Of a DNA stretch of 64,000 bases, positions 1 to 8,894 are shown piece by piece. The translations under genes were made by a program, and so were the position numbers. The notes beneath the pieces were generated by a model. The model searched no databases. It saw nothing but the letters and a program-made list of their open reading frames with translations, and was not told the origin of the DNA. This stretch comes from Bdellovibrionota bacterium (GTDB lineage: Bacteria > Bdellovibrionota_G > JALEGL01 > DATDPG01), in contig OY764265.1 in assembly GCA_963668355.1 (NCBI GenBank), positions 1,792,001 through 1,856,000 of the forward strand. The letters run 5' to 3'. Every line of letters starts with the position of its first letter. Position 1 is the first letter of the stretch.

Positions 1-699
1 CCTAGCCAAGAACTTCACGATTGCAGCCGGGAAGATTTCCTTCCATCCATTCATTACTCTTATATTCCCAACGGTGTAGACGAAAAACGTTATGGGCCAG
101 GTGAGAAAAAATCAGAACTGCTTAAAAAATGTTCTCTGGATATAGATCAATTGGTTTTATTCTGCCCCCGACGTTTGGCTCCCAAGAACGGTGTCTTTTA
201 TTTGATTCAAGCTTTGCCTGAGATCATTCGACAAATTCCTAAAGGGGTTCTTCTGATTGCGGGGGAGGGCGACCCACCCCAAGAGGAGGAGAGAATTCGA
301 GCCCAGGTGAAAAAAGATGGCATGGAAACTCATGTTCGCTTTCTCGGAAGTATGGCCAATGAAGAAATGCCAGATTTTTATCGTTTGGCTGATGTGGTCG
401 TGATGCCATCTCTGATGGAAGCCGTGAGTTTAGCGGCATTGGAATCCATGGCATCGGCGAAGCCGGTTGTGGCTTCGGATGTGGGAGGTTTGAGTGAATT
501 GTTTGCGGACAATCAACGAGGGATTTTGGTTCCCCCTACAGACTCTTCGGCTTTGGCAGTGGCTATCGTCGGGTTGTTGAAAAATTCTAAGATGAGAAAT
601 GAATTGGGAGAACAGGCGAGGAGTTATGTTTTGAAGAACTATACCTGGAAGGCCATCGCACAACGTACGCTTGACGCTTATTCTGAGATTCGATCATGA
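1..699 (+). CDS. Glycosyltransferase family 4 (5'-truncated by the window)
   Basis: Frame is open from base 1 (…YIPNGVD…). Contains RLAPKNG, PSLMEAVSLAALESMASAKPVVASDVGG and YTWKAIA GT4 motifs. Confidence 0.92.
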   Translation, partial: PSQELHDCSREDFLPSIHYSYIPNGVDEKRYGPGEKKSELLKKCSLDIDQLVLFCPRRLAPKNGVFYLIQALPEIIRQIPKGVLLIAGEGDPPQEEERIRAQVKKDGMETHVRFLGSMANEEMPDFYRLADVVVMPSLMEAVSLAALESMASAKPVVASDVGGLSELFADNQRGILVPPTDSSALAVAIVGLLKNSKMRNELGEQARSYVLKNYTWKAIAQRTLDAYSEIRS

Positions 700-1805
700 A
701 ACCGAAACTCCTTTTTGTTCTGGGCACCCGACCCGAAATTATAAAACTATGGCCGGTAATTGTTGAAGCTCAAAAGAGTTTAGGGGAAGGTTCTGTTCGA
801 GTTTGTTATACGGGACAACATAAAGAAATGGCCCTTCCTTTTCTTGAGCGGTTTTCCCTTCCCGTGCATTTTGACCTGAGAATCATGCGTTCTCGACAAA
901 CCTTGAATCAGGTGTTGGAGCTTATGATCTCTGGGATGGCACCGATTTTGAGAAAAGAGTCTTTTGATTGGGTTGTTGTGCAGGGAGATACCTCAAGTGC
1001 TTTTGCAGGAGCTTTGGCGGCTTCCATGGAAAAAGTGAAGGTGGCTCATGTGGAAGCGGGGTTGCGCACGTTTGATCGAGAGAACCCCTTTCCTGAGGAG
1101 CTGAATCGCCAACTCATCGGGCGTGTGGCGAATCTTCATCTTTGTCCCACTTCAGTCAATCGAGATCATTTGCTCAAAGAGGGCGTGTCGGAAGCGGATA
1201 TTGAAGTGACAGGAAATCCCATTGTTGATGCCCTTAAAATGGTCAAGGCGGAGTTCTTAGGTGATGTTGATGTAGAGAGAACGTTCTCACAGTTGGATTT
1301 TTCCAAGAAGCTTGTGTTGGTGACGGGGCACCGTCGGGAAAACTTTGGAGAAGGATTTCGGGACATGTGTATGGCCATTCGAGATCTGGCGGAACGAAGG
1401 AAAGATGCCATTTTTGTCTATCCAGTTCATTTGAATCCTCAAGTCCAAGAACCGGTAAAAAACATTTTGGGAGACCTTCCGAATCATGTGTTTTTGTTGG
1501 ATCCTGTAGAGTATTTCGACTTCATTGCCCTCTTACAAAGGGCAAGTGTCGTACTCACGGACTCCGGCGGAGTCCAAGAAGAAGCTCCAACCTTTGGAGT
1601 TCCTGTGGTGGTGATGAGGAAGGTTACGGAACGCGTGGAGTCCCTCCAGCAAGGCAGTGCGGTTTTGGTTGGAACCGATCGTGAGAAGATCGTATCCGCA
1701 GTGGAAAAATTCCTCGATGAACCCAAGGAAATTTCAAATTTAGCAAATCCCTACGGAGATGGACTGGCCTCGAAGCGAATTCTCGAAGCCATGCTCAAAC
1801 GTTGA
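696..1805 (+). CDS. wecB: UDP-N-acetylglucosamine 2-epimerase (non-hydrolysing)
   Basis: GTRPEIIK, TGQH, QGDT, HVEAGLRT, PFPEE, HRREN and TDSGGVQEEA motifs. ATGA overlap with the upstream gene. Confidence 0.96.
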   Translation: MKPKLLFVLGTRPEIIKLWPVIVEAQKSLGEGSVRVCYTGQHKEMALPFLERFSLPVHFDLRIMRSRQTLNQVLELMISGMAPILRKESFDWVVVQGDTSSAFAGALAASMEKVKVAHVEAGLRTFDRENPFPEELNRQLIGRVANLHLCPTSVNRDHLLKEGVSEADIEVTGNPIVDALKMVKAEFLGDVDVERTFSQLDFSKKLVLVTGHRRENFGEGFRDMCMAIRDLAERRKDAIFVYPVHLNPQVQEPVKNILGDLPNHVFLLDPVEYFDFIALLQRASVVLTDSGGVQEEAPTFGVPVVVMRKVTERVESLQQGSAVLVGTDREKIVSAVEKFLDEPKEISNLANPYGDGLASKRILEAMLKR

Positions 1806-1912
1806 GTTTTAGATGACACGGCGCGCCTCGAATTTCGGTTCAGGGTCCAAAAAGACTTGCGTTGCAGCCCTCCCTTGAAAGAATGCAATCTTGAACTGAG
1901 CGGAGGGTTCAA

Positions 1913-3952
1913 TTGCGGGAAAAAAGAGATAGACATAAAAATGTTTGGTTGCTGTTTGCGGCCCTATGGATTGGGAGCGCCAGCATTGTTTCGGCGCATG
2001 AAGAGGCTGAGGGTGAAATCGTTCTGCCCTCTGATCAAAAGAGCGTTCAAAGTCTTACAGAGATGTCTTTGGAAGATTTGCTTTCCATCGAAATCACGAC
2101 AGCATCAAAATTTAAGGAAGATATCTTTGATGCTCCAGGAATGGTTTCTGTCATAACCCGAGATGAACTTCTTCGTTTTGGTGGGACAAACCTCAAACAT
2201 ATTTTAGAGAGGGTGCCTGGTGTGTTTGGTGCGACAACGTATATTACAGATCGAAGTACGATTGCTGCCAGAGGAGATCATATCAAGCCCAACTCAAGCC
2301 ATGTCCTTTTTCTCATCAACGGTCGTCCAACCCGAGAAGTTTTGGAGGGGGGGATCTCCACTGATCTTTTGGAATCGTTTCCGGTCAATGCTTTGGAAAG
2401 AATTGAGGTTGTAAAAGGTCCGGGGTCCGTTTTGTATGGTTCGGATGCCATGTCCCTCGTTGTGAATCTGGTTACTCGTACTTCAGAAAGCGAAGCGACC
2501 AACGAGGTGAATCTTCGTGGCATGGGATTGTTGACCAAGGGATTTAACACCTCTGGTGAGGTTGTTCTTCGGGAGGGAGACTTGGATTTAACCGTCGCGG
2601 TGCAAGCCCTGCGTCGGGAACGTTGGGAAGTTGACTATGAATATCCCAATCAGAATGGAGGGGGATATGTCTCCAGTTCACTCTCCATTCCGAATGAAGG
2701 GTTTGGGACCTTCGCCAGTGCGAAATATCACGATTTTCGTTTGATGGCTGCCACCACCAAATGGACCACCGGGTATTTTGCGTTAACTGGTTCAGGTCAG
2801 AATGATTCCGGAAGAGTGTTTGGAAACCTTGGGTATGACTGGAAACTGGACGATTCCTGGAACATGACGTTGGACACGACGTACACGCATGCGTTTCTCG
2901 AAACTTCGGATGAACCGGACATTTCTCGAAATTCCCATAATTTTGTAGCCGAATGGACGAACTATTTAACGCCTCTGGAAAACTTAAAACTTAGTTTCGG
3001 TTCATACTATGAACTGTCTCGAGGAAGAGAGGAGACGCTTGGAGTAGCTGCTTCAGGTGGATTTTCAGCGGTGTCGAATGAAACGCGATCAACTCTTGGT
3101 TTTTATACTCAGGCCGACTACTGGCTGATTCAAAATGTATTGAAGTTGATTGGTGGAGTTCAGGTCAATAAGGTTCAAGATGTTGCCACAAAACTTCTTC
3201 CTCGGGGTGGGATCGTTTGGTATCCCATTCCCTCCATCAACGTTAAAGTCCTATATAGTAGAGCTTTTCGGGCTCCGAGCATCAATGAGATTGGTCTGTC
3301 TCACCCCCAATTGAGTGGAAACCCAAATTTACGTCATGAAATCCTGGATGCCATTGATGTGGGCGTTTCTTATGTTGGAAGAACCCTCCAGGCAGGGGTC
3401 AGCTATTTCTTTAGTAAACAGAGCGATATCATTTTTTCTGATTTTTCTTCCGGTCTTCCGGGTCAATATATCAACGCGGCTGAGTTGACGATTCATGGAG
3501 CGGAGGCCGAAACTAAGTTTTATTTAACCAGCGAACTGTTTTTAACGGGCTCTTTTTTGTTTCAGCATAACGAAGATCAGACAGGAGCTACAGAGGTTAC
3601 CCCGTTTCCCTCTTTTCTTGCGAAGGGAGGCATAAGCTATGCTTGTGAGAAACATGGAATCGTGACCGGTTTGTATTATCAGTATCAAAGTGAATTGGGA
3701 GAACGTTTTGCGGATAGCGTGTTGGAGCCTAGACCCAAAGCCTTTCATCGAATGTATTTGCATACCAAAGCCGATTTAAAAAAATTACTCGGATTTCATT
3801 GGAAGCACGATGTTTCATTGATTGCGCAGATCGACAACTTGTTGAACCAAGAGATGTATTGGCCGGATTATGGTGGGATTGGAACGATTCCCACTCCCTA
3901 TGTCCAAGGAATTCAGGCATTTCTGGGGTTCGAGTTGGGTTTTAATCTATGA
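1913..3952 (+). CDS. TonB-dependent outer-membrane receptor
   Basis: Signal peptide, SLEDLLSIEITTASK, plug motif ERIEVVKGPGSVLYG, FRAPS and IDNLLN, C-terminal beta-strand signature. SD GGAGGG before the TTG. Confidence 0.92.
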   Translation: MREKRDRHKNVWLLFAALWIGSASIVSAHEEAEGEIVLPSDQKSVQSLTEMSLEDLLSIEITTASKFKEDIFDAPGMVSVITRDELLRFGGTNLKHILERVPGVFGATTYITDRSTIAARGDHIKPNSSHVLFLINGRPTREVLEGGISTDLLESFPVNALERIEVVKGPGSVLYGSDAMSLVVNLVTRTSESEATNEVNLRGMGLLTKGFNTSGEVVLREGDLDLTVAVQALRRERWEVDYEYPNQNGGGYVSSSLSIPNEGFGTFASAKYHDFRLMAATTKWTTGYFALTGSGQNDSGRVFGNLGYDWKLDDSWNMTLDTTYTHAFLETSDEPDISRNSHNFVAEWTNYLTPLENLKLSFGSYYELSRGREETLGVAASGGFSAVSNETRSTLGFYTQADYWLIQNVLKLIGGVQVNKVQDVATKLLPRGGIVWYPIPSINVKVLYSRAFRAPSINEIGLSHPQLSGNPNLRHEILDAIDVGVSYVGRTLQAGVSYFFSKQSDIIFSDFSSGLPGQYINAAELTIHGAEAETKFYLTSELFLTGSFLFQHNEDQTGATEVTPFPSFLAKGGISYACEKHGIVTGLYYQYQSELGERFADSVLEPRPKAFHRMYLHTKADLKKLLGFHWKHDVSLIAQIDNLLNQEMYWPDYGGIGTIPTPYVQGIQAFLGFELGFNL

Positions 3953-3968
3953 TTTTTTGGAGGAGCTC

Positions 3969-4400
3969 TTGAGCGTTTTTTTTTCATGGGATGAATCGTT
4001 AAGCGTTGGAATTTCTTGGGTGGATACCCAACACCAAAAATTAATTAATCTTATCAATCATCTGGCTTCGGTGATGGAGTCTGGCCAAGAGCGTCAAGCC
4101 TTAGGGGCGGTCCTTTTGGAATTGAAAAAATATACGGAGTCGCATTTCTTCGCCGAAGAACGCATGATGGAAGCCCATTCGTATCCTGAATTGGGCTTTC
4201 AAAAAATTGAACATGCCGCTTTCATCGAAAAACTTCGAGAATTTTCATCGGATATTTCGAGAGGAAAAGATTTTGTTGGTGTGCGCGTGTTGGATTTTCT
4301 CAAGGTATGGCTAAAAGAACACATTCTCGTCGAAGATATGAAGTACGGAAAATACTTTCAAGAAAAGGGAGTGTCACCGAAAGAGCCGATTTCTGGTTGA
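3969..4400 (+). CDS. Bacteriohemerythrin
   Basis: WDESLSVG..VDTQHQKL, HFFAEE and WLKEHILVED motifs. TTG at 3969 follows GGAGGAG. Confidence 0.92.
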   Translation: MSVFFSWDESLSVGISWVDTQHQKLINLINHLASVMESGQERQALGAVLLELKKYTESHFFAEERMMEAHSYPELGFQKIEHAAFIEKLREFSSDISRGKDFVGVRVLDFLKVWLKEHILVEDMKYGKYFQEKGVSPKEPISG

Positions 4401-4407
4401 TGAAAGA

Positions 4408-4866
4408 CTACTCCTCTTCCAGCCGTTTGGGCGTGACTTCGTCAAAATAGGTGCTCCAAGCGAACTTAAAAGCAAAGATAGCCAAAGATCCGCATACGAT
4501 GGCGATACACATATCGCTGAAAAGAAATTTTTCAAAACTCATTGAGAGTGTTTTTTGGATTCCCACCCATGTTTTAGGGGTGTGATACCAAGCGACAGAT
4601 TCCGGAGCGATTCGGGTAATCAATTTCATGACCAGCGAAAAAAATCGTCCCGATTCGACGCTCCAATTTCCAGAATGTAGCCACTCCCAAAAAGGTTTTC
4701 CGTATAGGGCAATGGGGGGAAGGGAAAAGACACCTCCGAAAATGAAGGACCAAAACGTTACGCTTAATGCGGTCCTTTCATATTTGTCGAGATTTCTACC
4801 GAACCAAAGTTTTTCAAGGAAGCCTCGAATGATCGGAGAATTTTGATTTTTTATATGTTCTTTCAT
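4408..4866 (-). CDS. Hypothetical membrane protein
   Basis: 152-aa ORF with two hydrophobic segments; 4-bp overlap with the upstream HAD gene. Confidence 0.6.
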   Translation of the reverse strand: MKEHIKNQNSPIIRGFLEKLWFGRNLDKYERTALSVTFWSFIFGGVFSLPPIALYGKPFWEWLHSGNWSVESGRFFSLVMKLITRIAPESVAWYHTPKTWVGIQKTLSMSFEKFLFSDMCIAIVCGSLAIFAFKFAWSTYFDEVTPKRLEEE

Positions 4867-5552
4867 GTCTTTGAATCGATGGTGTGTTTTTGAATGAAAG
4901 GGAGCAGTTCGGAAAAATCCTTGATGATGTTTCCCTTTGCGGCCTTGGCGACCTCTGGATATCGAGGGTTGTATGTGATGGGAAGGCCGACATGTTCAAA
5001 ACATTCCATGTCATTGATGGAATCTCCCACAAAACAGATTTCTGACAAGTCAAAACCCAGTTCGTTGGCTTTGTTTTTTAGCGATGTAAATTTTTCAAAG
5101 AAAGGAACCCCGATTTTATACGTTCCATCCAAGACGTTGTTGGATACGCCAATTGTATTGGAGAGTTGAAAAGCCAAGCCTAAGTCCTCTCGAACCTTTT
5201 CGGCCACGAGTTCGATCCCTCCGCTAATGATGCCTATATGGTATTTGGGTTTTAATTTTGTGATGGAGTCAATAATGTTGGGGTTGTAGGGAGGTTTTCC
5301 GTGTTCAGGGAAAAGAACTTTCTGGGCATGGGCGTATGAAATGCCTTTTAAGGCTTGAGCCGTTTTTCCCCAAATTTCATCATCTGTGATGCGTTTGTTG
5401 ATGAAGTCGTCAATCCAAATCTCCATTTGATCGTAAATATTGCCCACCCATCCGATGGCTCCCCAGGATGACCAACCTTTGGGAAGCGTTTTATAAGTGA
5501 GGATGGTTCCGTCCATGTCGAACCAAACGGCTTTGATAAGGGGCTTATGCAT
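4863..5552 (-). CDS. HAD-family hydrolase (phosphoserine phosphatase-like)
   Basis: FDMDGT, IISGG and GDSIND motifs. Confidence 0.88.
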   Translation of the reverse strand: MHKPLIKAVWFDMDGTILTYKTLPKGWSSWGAIGWVGNIYDQMEIWIDDFINKRITDDEIWGKTAQALKGISYAHAQKVLFPEHGKPPYNPNIIDSITKLKPKYHIGIISGGIELVAEKVREDLGLAFQLSNTIGVSNNVLDGTYKIGVPFFEKFTSLKNKANELGFDLSEICFVGDSINDMECFEHVGLPITYNPRYPEVAKAAKGNIIKDFSELLPFIQKHTIDSKT

Positions 5553-6921
5553 CTGGAAGTACCTTTCCGGGGTTCATAAGGTGATGAGGGTCAAAGGCTT
5601 GTTTGATTCGTTTCATGAGTTCGATGTGTTCGGGAGAAAGCGTCATGGATAAAAATCTCTTTCTCAAGATGCCGATTCCGTGTTCTCCCGAAATGAGTCC
5701 TCCTAGTTCGATCGTTCGTTCATAAAAAAGTTTCAGGGCATGTTCTGATTTCAAACCCCAGATCTTTTCAGGAATTTTGTTGCGTCGGAAATATGTGTGA
5801 AGATTTCCATCTCCTGCATGCCCATAACTTACGCTTTCAACACCGGCGATTCGGGCCACGTCTTCAGCCGCTCGAACCAACTCGGGAAGCCTGTGTTTGG
5901 GAACAACGCTATCCGCTTCTACATACTCTCCCGAGGACGCAATGGAGTCGCGTATTCTTTTCCGGATATCCCAAAGTTCCTCTCGTTGCCGTGGGGTTTG
6001 GGCCACGCGAATGTTTTCAGCGCTTCGGGAAGTTAAAACCGCTTCCAATCGCTCCAGTTGGCTTTCGATGGATTGGACATCAAAACCATCTAACTCAATC
6101 AATAAAGAAGCTTCATGATCTGCAAATGGATAAGAAAGATCTGGATGGAGGTTCAAGACACAACGGATGGCGCCCTTTGGAATCAGTTCAAGTGTTGTTG
6201 GGGTGATCTGTGCATCGAGAATGGCTAAAACCGTGTTGGATACCTCGTCCAGAGATTGAAAACCGGCCAAGAGCGTAACTCTCTCTTTTGGAAAAGGAAT
6301 GAGTTTCAGCGTGATTTCCGTGATCAATCCCAAGGTTCCTTCGGAGCCCACCACCAACTGTGTGAGGTTGTAGGCCGTCGAGTTCTTGGCCAAAGGCGCC
6401 CCGGTGTGAAGGATCTGGCCATCGGAGAGAACCATTTCCACATCGACGACGTACTCTCGGGTTACTCCGTATTTTACCGCGCATAAGCCGCCGGCGTTGG
6501 TTGAAACGTTTCCGCCAATGGAACATGAGTCGACGCTGGCAGGGAGGGGAGGGTAAAAGAGTCCTTTGGACTGGGCAGCATTTCGAATGTCTCCAGTGAT
6601 GACTCCGGGTTGAACGATCGCAAGCTGGGTTCGCTCATCCACGCTTAGAATTTGGTTCATTTTCTCGAAGCTTACAATGATTGCCGAATCCAGCGGAACG
6701 GCCGCTCCACTCAAGCCGGTTCCCGAACCTCGGGGGATGATGGGGATTCGCTTTTGAGTGGAAAACTTTGCGATATTGATCACATCCTCTTTTGTTTTGG
6801 GAAGGATGACGCCCAAAGGCATGGATCCACGGAGGACTTCGTCTTTGGCGTAGTTTTGCAGTCGGTCCGAATCATCAAAAACTTCAATGTTCGGGTGTCT
6901 TTTCTTGAACTCTTGGATCAT
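5545..6921 (-). CDS. FAD-linked oxidase / D-2-hydroxyacid dehydrogenase (GlcD-like)
   Basis: PRGSGTGLSG, GGNVSTNAGG, GSEGTLG, HAGDGNLH, SGEHGIG and MNPGK motifs. Confidence 0.93.
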   Translation of the reverse strand: MIQEFKKRHPNIEVFDDSDRLQNYAKDEVLRGSMPLGVILPKTKEDVINIAKFSTQKRIPIIPRGSGTGLSGAAVPLDSAIIVSFEKMNQILSVDERTQLAIVQPGVITGDIRNAAQSKGLFYPPLPASVDSCSIGGNVSTNAGGLCAVKYGVTREYVVDVEMVLSDGQILHTGAPLAKNSTAYNLTQLVVGSEGTLGLITEITLKLIPFPKERVTLLAGFQSLDEVSNTVLAILDAQITPTTLELIPKGAIRCVLNLHPDLSYPFADHEASLLIELDGFDVQSIESQLERLEAVLTSRSAENIRVAQTPRQREELWDIRKRIRDSIASSGEYVEADSVVPKHRLPELVRAAEDVARIAGVESVSYGHAGDGNLHTYFRRNKIPEKIWGLKSEHALKLFYERTIELGGLISGEHGIGILRKRFLSMTLSPEHIELMKRIKQAFDPHHLMNPGKVLPDA

Positions 6922-8267
6922 GAAAACAACAAGAATTGGGCCATTCCGAAGTAGATGATGATTCCAATAACGTCGACCACAGAGGTGACGAAGGGCCCCG
7001 ACATGATGGCCGGATCAAATCCAAGTCTTTTGAAAAGGAGAGGGAGGGAAGCTCCAGCCAAGGCGCCTGCGATGACTACAAAGATGATGGCCAGACCAAC
7101 CGTGACTGAAATATGCCAGGTGGAAGATCCCAGGGCCGCGCGTGTAAATCCGACGAGGCCCAGAAATACACCCAAGGCGACTCCAATGGTCGATTCCCGA
7201 AGCACCACCTTGAAGAAGTCTTTCACATGAACTTCTCCAATGGCCATGGCTCGTGTGATGAGTGTGACCGATTGCGAACCCGTATTTCCACCCGAAGAAA
7301 GAATCAAGGGAATGAAGAAAATCAGGGCCAAAGCGTTCTCGAACGTTCCCTGATAGTGTTCGAGAGCCCACGCGGTAAAGAATTGTCCGATGAACAAGAA
7401 AAAGAGCCATACGCCTCTTTTTCGTGTGAGAGACCAGATGGAAGCTTCAAAGTAGGGCTCCTCAACCGGTTCGATGGCTCCCATCATGTGAGCATCTTCG
7501 GTTTGTTCTTCAACCAACACGTCCATGATGTCGTCATGGGTGATGATGCCCACGAGTCCTTGTTGGGCGTCAACCACCGGGAGTGCCAGGAGATCGTACT
7601 TGTTCAAAGCGCGAGCGACCTCCTCCTGGTCTGTGCTGACCTCCACAAAAATGGGATCTCGAGACATGATGTCTTTCAACACTTGGTTGGGTTTGGCTAG
7701 CACCAAGTCACGCAAGGAAACCGTGCCTTTGAGTCGACGTCCCTCGCCGAGAAGGTAAATATAGTAAATCATTTCGGATTCCGGAGCGATGGTGCGGAGT
7801 CGTTTGAGGGCTTCAGAGACGGTAATGTCATCCGGGAGGGCGGCATACTCGGTGGTCATGACGGATCCGGCCGTATCCTCTTCATATTGAAGCAGCCGGG
7901 TGACTTCTTGTCTCTCCGCTTGTGCCATCATCGGAAGCAGAGAATCGACGGTTTCTTCCGGAAGGGTTTGAAGAAGGTCCACCCGGTCATCTGGGGAGAG
8001 GTCTTCCAGGATATTGACGATTTCTTTTTGGCCCAAATAATCCAAAACCCTAGATTGGACCTCAATTTCCAGTTGTTCGAAAACGTCAATGCCACGAGGG
8101 GCGCGGAGTATGCGCATGATTTCGGCGATTTGTTCCGCTTCTAGGTTTTCGAGCAAATCGGCGATGTCGGAAGGGTGCAAGTGGTCAAAGACGGCTTTTA
8201 AACTTTCGAGATCTCCGCCCTCGATTGCTTGCATAACTTCAGGTAGAAATAATTGTGATACTTTCAT
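6918..8267 (-). CDS. mgtE: Magnesium transporter MgtE
   Basis: N-domain, CBS pair (TAGSVMTTEY), GGNTGSQ and DPAIMSGPFVTSVVD. Confidence 0.96.
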   Translation of the reverse strand: MKVSQLFLPEVMQAIEGGDLESLKAVFDHLHPSDIADLLENLEAEQIAEIMRILRAPRGIDVFEQLEIEVQSRVLDYLGQKEIVNILEDLSPDDRVDLLQTLPEETVDSLLPMMAQAERQEVTRLLQYEEDTAGSVMTTEYAALPDDITVSEALKRLRTIAPESEMIYYIYLLGEGRRLKGTVSLRDLVLAKPNQVLKDIMSRDPIFVEVSTDQEEVARALNKYDLLALPVVDAQQGLVGIITHDDIMDVLVEEQTEDAHMMGAIEPVEEPYFEASIWSLTRKRGVWLFFLFIGQFFTAWALEHYQGTFENALALIFFIPLILSSGGNTGSQSVTLITRAMAIGEVHVKDFFKVVLRESTIGVALGVFLGLVGFTRAALGSSTWHISVTVGLAIIFVVIAGALAGASLPLLFKRLGFDPAIMSGPFVTSVVDVIGIIIYFGMAQFLLFS

Positions 8268-8312
8268 GTCCTGCCTCCGACTTAATCGGCCGGGCTGAAA
8301 CTAGACGGCGAG

Positions 8313-8894
8313 ATGAAGACAGTCAATAAGTTATTGATATTATTCCTCTTGATTTGGGGAGTGCGTGTGAGTTCCGTGGGGGCCATTGGGGCCTATCGGA
8401 TTCAGACTCAGGTCCAAGATCAAGCGGAGAAGGGCGTTCAAAAAATTATAGCGGAAGCCCATTTCCCTCAATCTCACTCAGAGGTGTGGATCCTTCTGAG
8501 TCATTGGGAAAATTTTCCTCAGTTCGTGCCCAGATGTCAAACTGTCGACATCATCGAGTCAAATCCTCAACAGGATCAGATCTATATTCGGATGGATCTC
8601 CCCCCAGCGTTGCCGGATTTATGGAATACCTTGCAGGTTAAGAAGGATCCCCAAAAAACCGAGTTGGTGTGGAAAATGATTGGGGGCAATATGGAAAAAA
8701 ATGAGGGGCGGGTCAGCGTCAGACCCGAGGGAACGGGCTCTGTTTTAAAAATGGAGGTTCAGGCAGATCCTGGATTCTTTTTGCCAGACTGGCTCATCAC
8801 GTGGGGGACAAAAAAATTCTTGCCCAAGATTCTTCAGGCTTTTGGGGACGAACTCCAAAGAGAAGCGCAATCCGAGAAAAGTGCAACTCCCTAA
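8313..8894 (+). CDS. Exported SRPBCC/START-domain protein
   Basis: Signal peptide, VW..L..WENFPQFVP and DPG..LPDW motifs. Confidence 0.75.
   Translation: MKTVNKLLILFLLIWGVRVSSVGAIGAYRIQTQVQDQAEKGVQKIIAEAHFPQSHSEVWILLSHWENFPQFVPRCQTVDIIESNPQQDQIYIRMDLPPALPDLWNTLQVKKDPQKTELVWKMIGGNMEKNEGRVSVRPEGTGSVLKMEVQADPGFFLPDWLITWGTKKFLPKILQAFGDELQREAQSEKSATP

Noticed and set aside
1806..1912. Cobalamin or TPP riboswitch upstream of the TonB receptor
   Set aside because: Only 107 bp, with no recognisable B12-box or TPP core.
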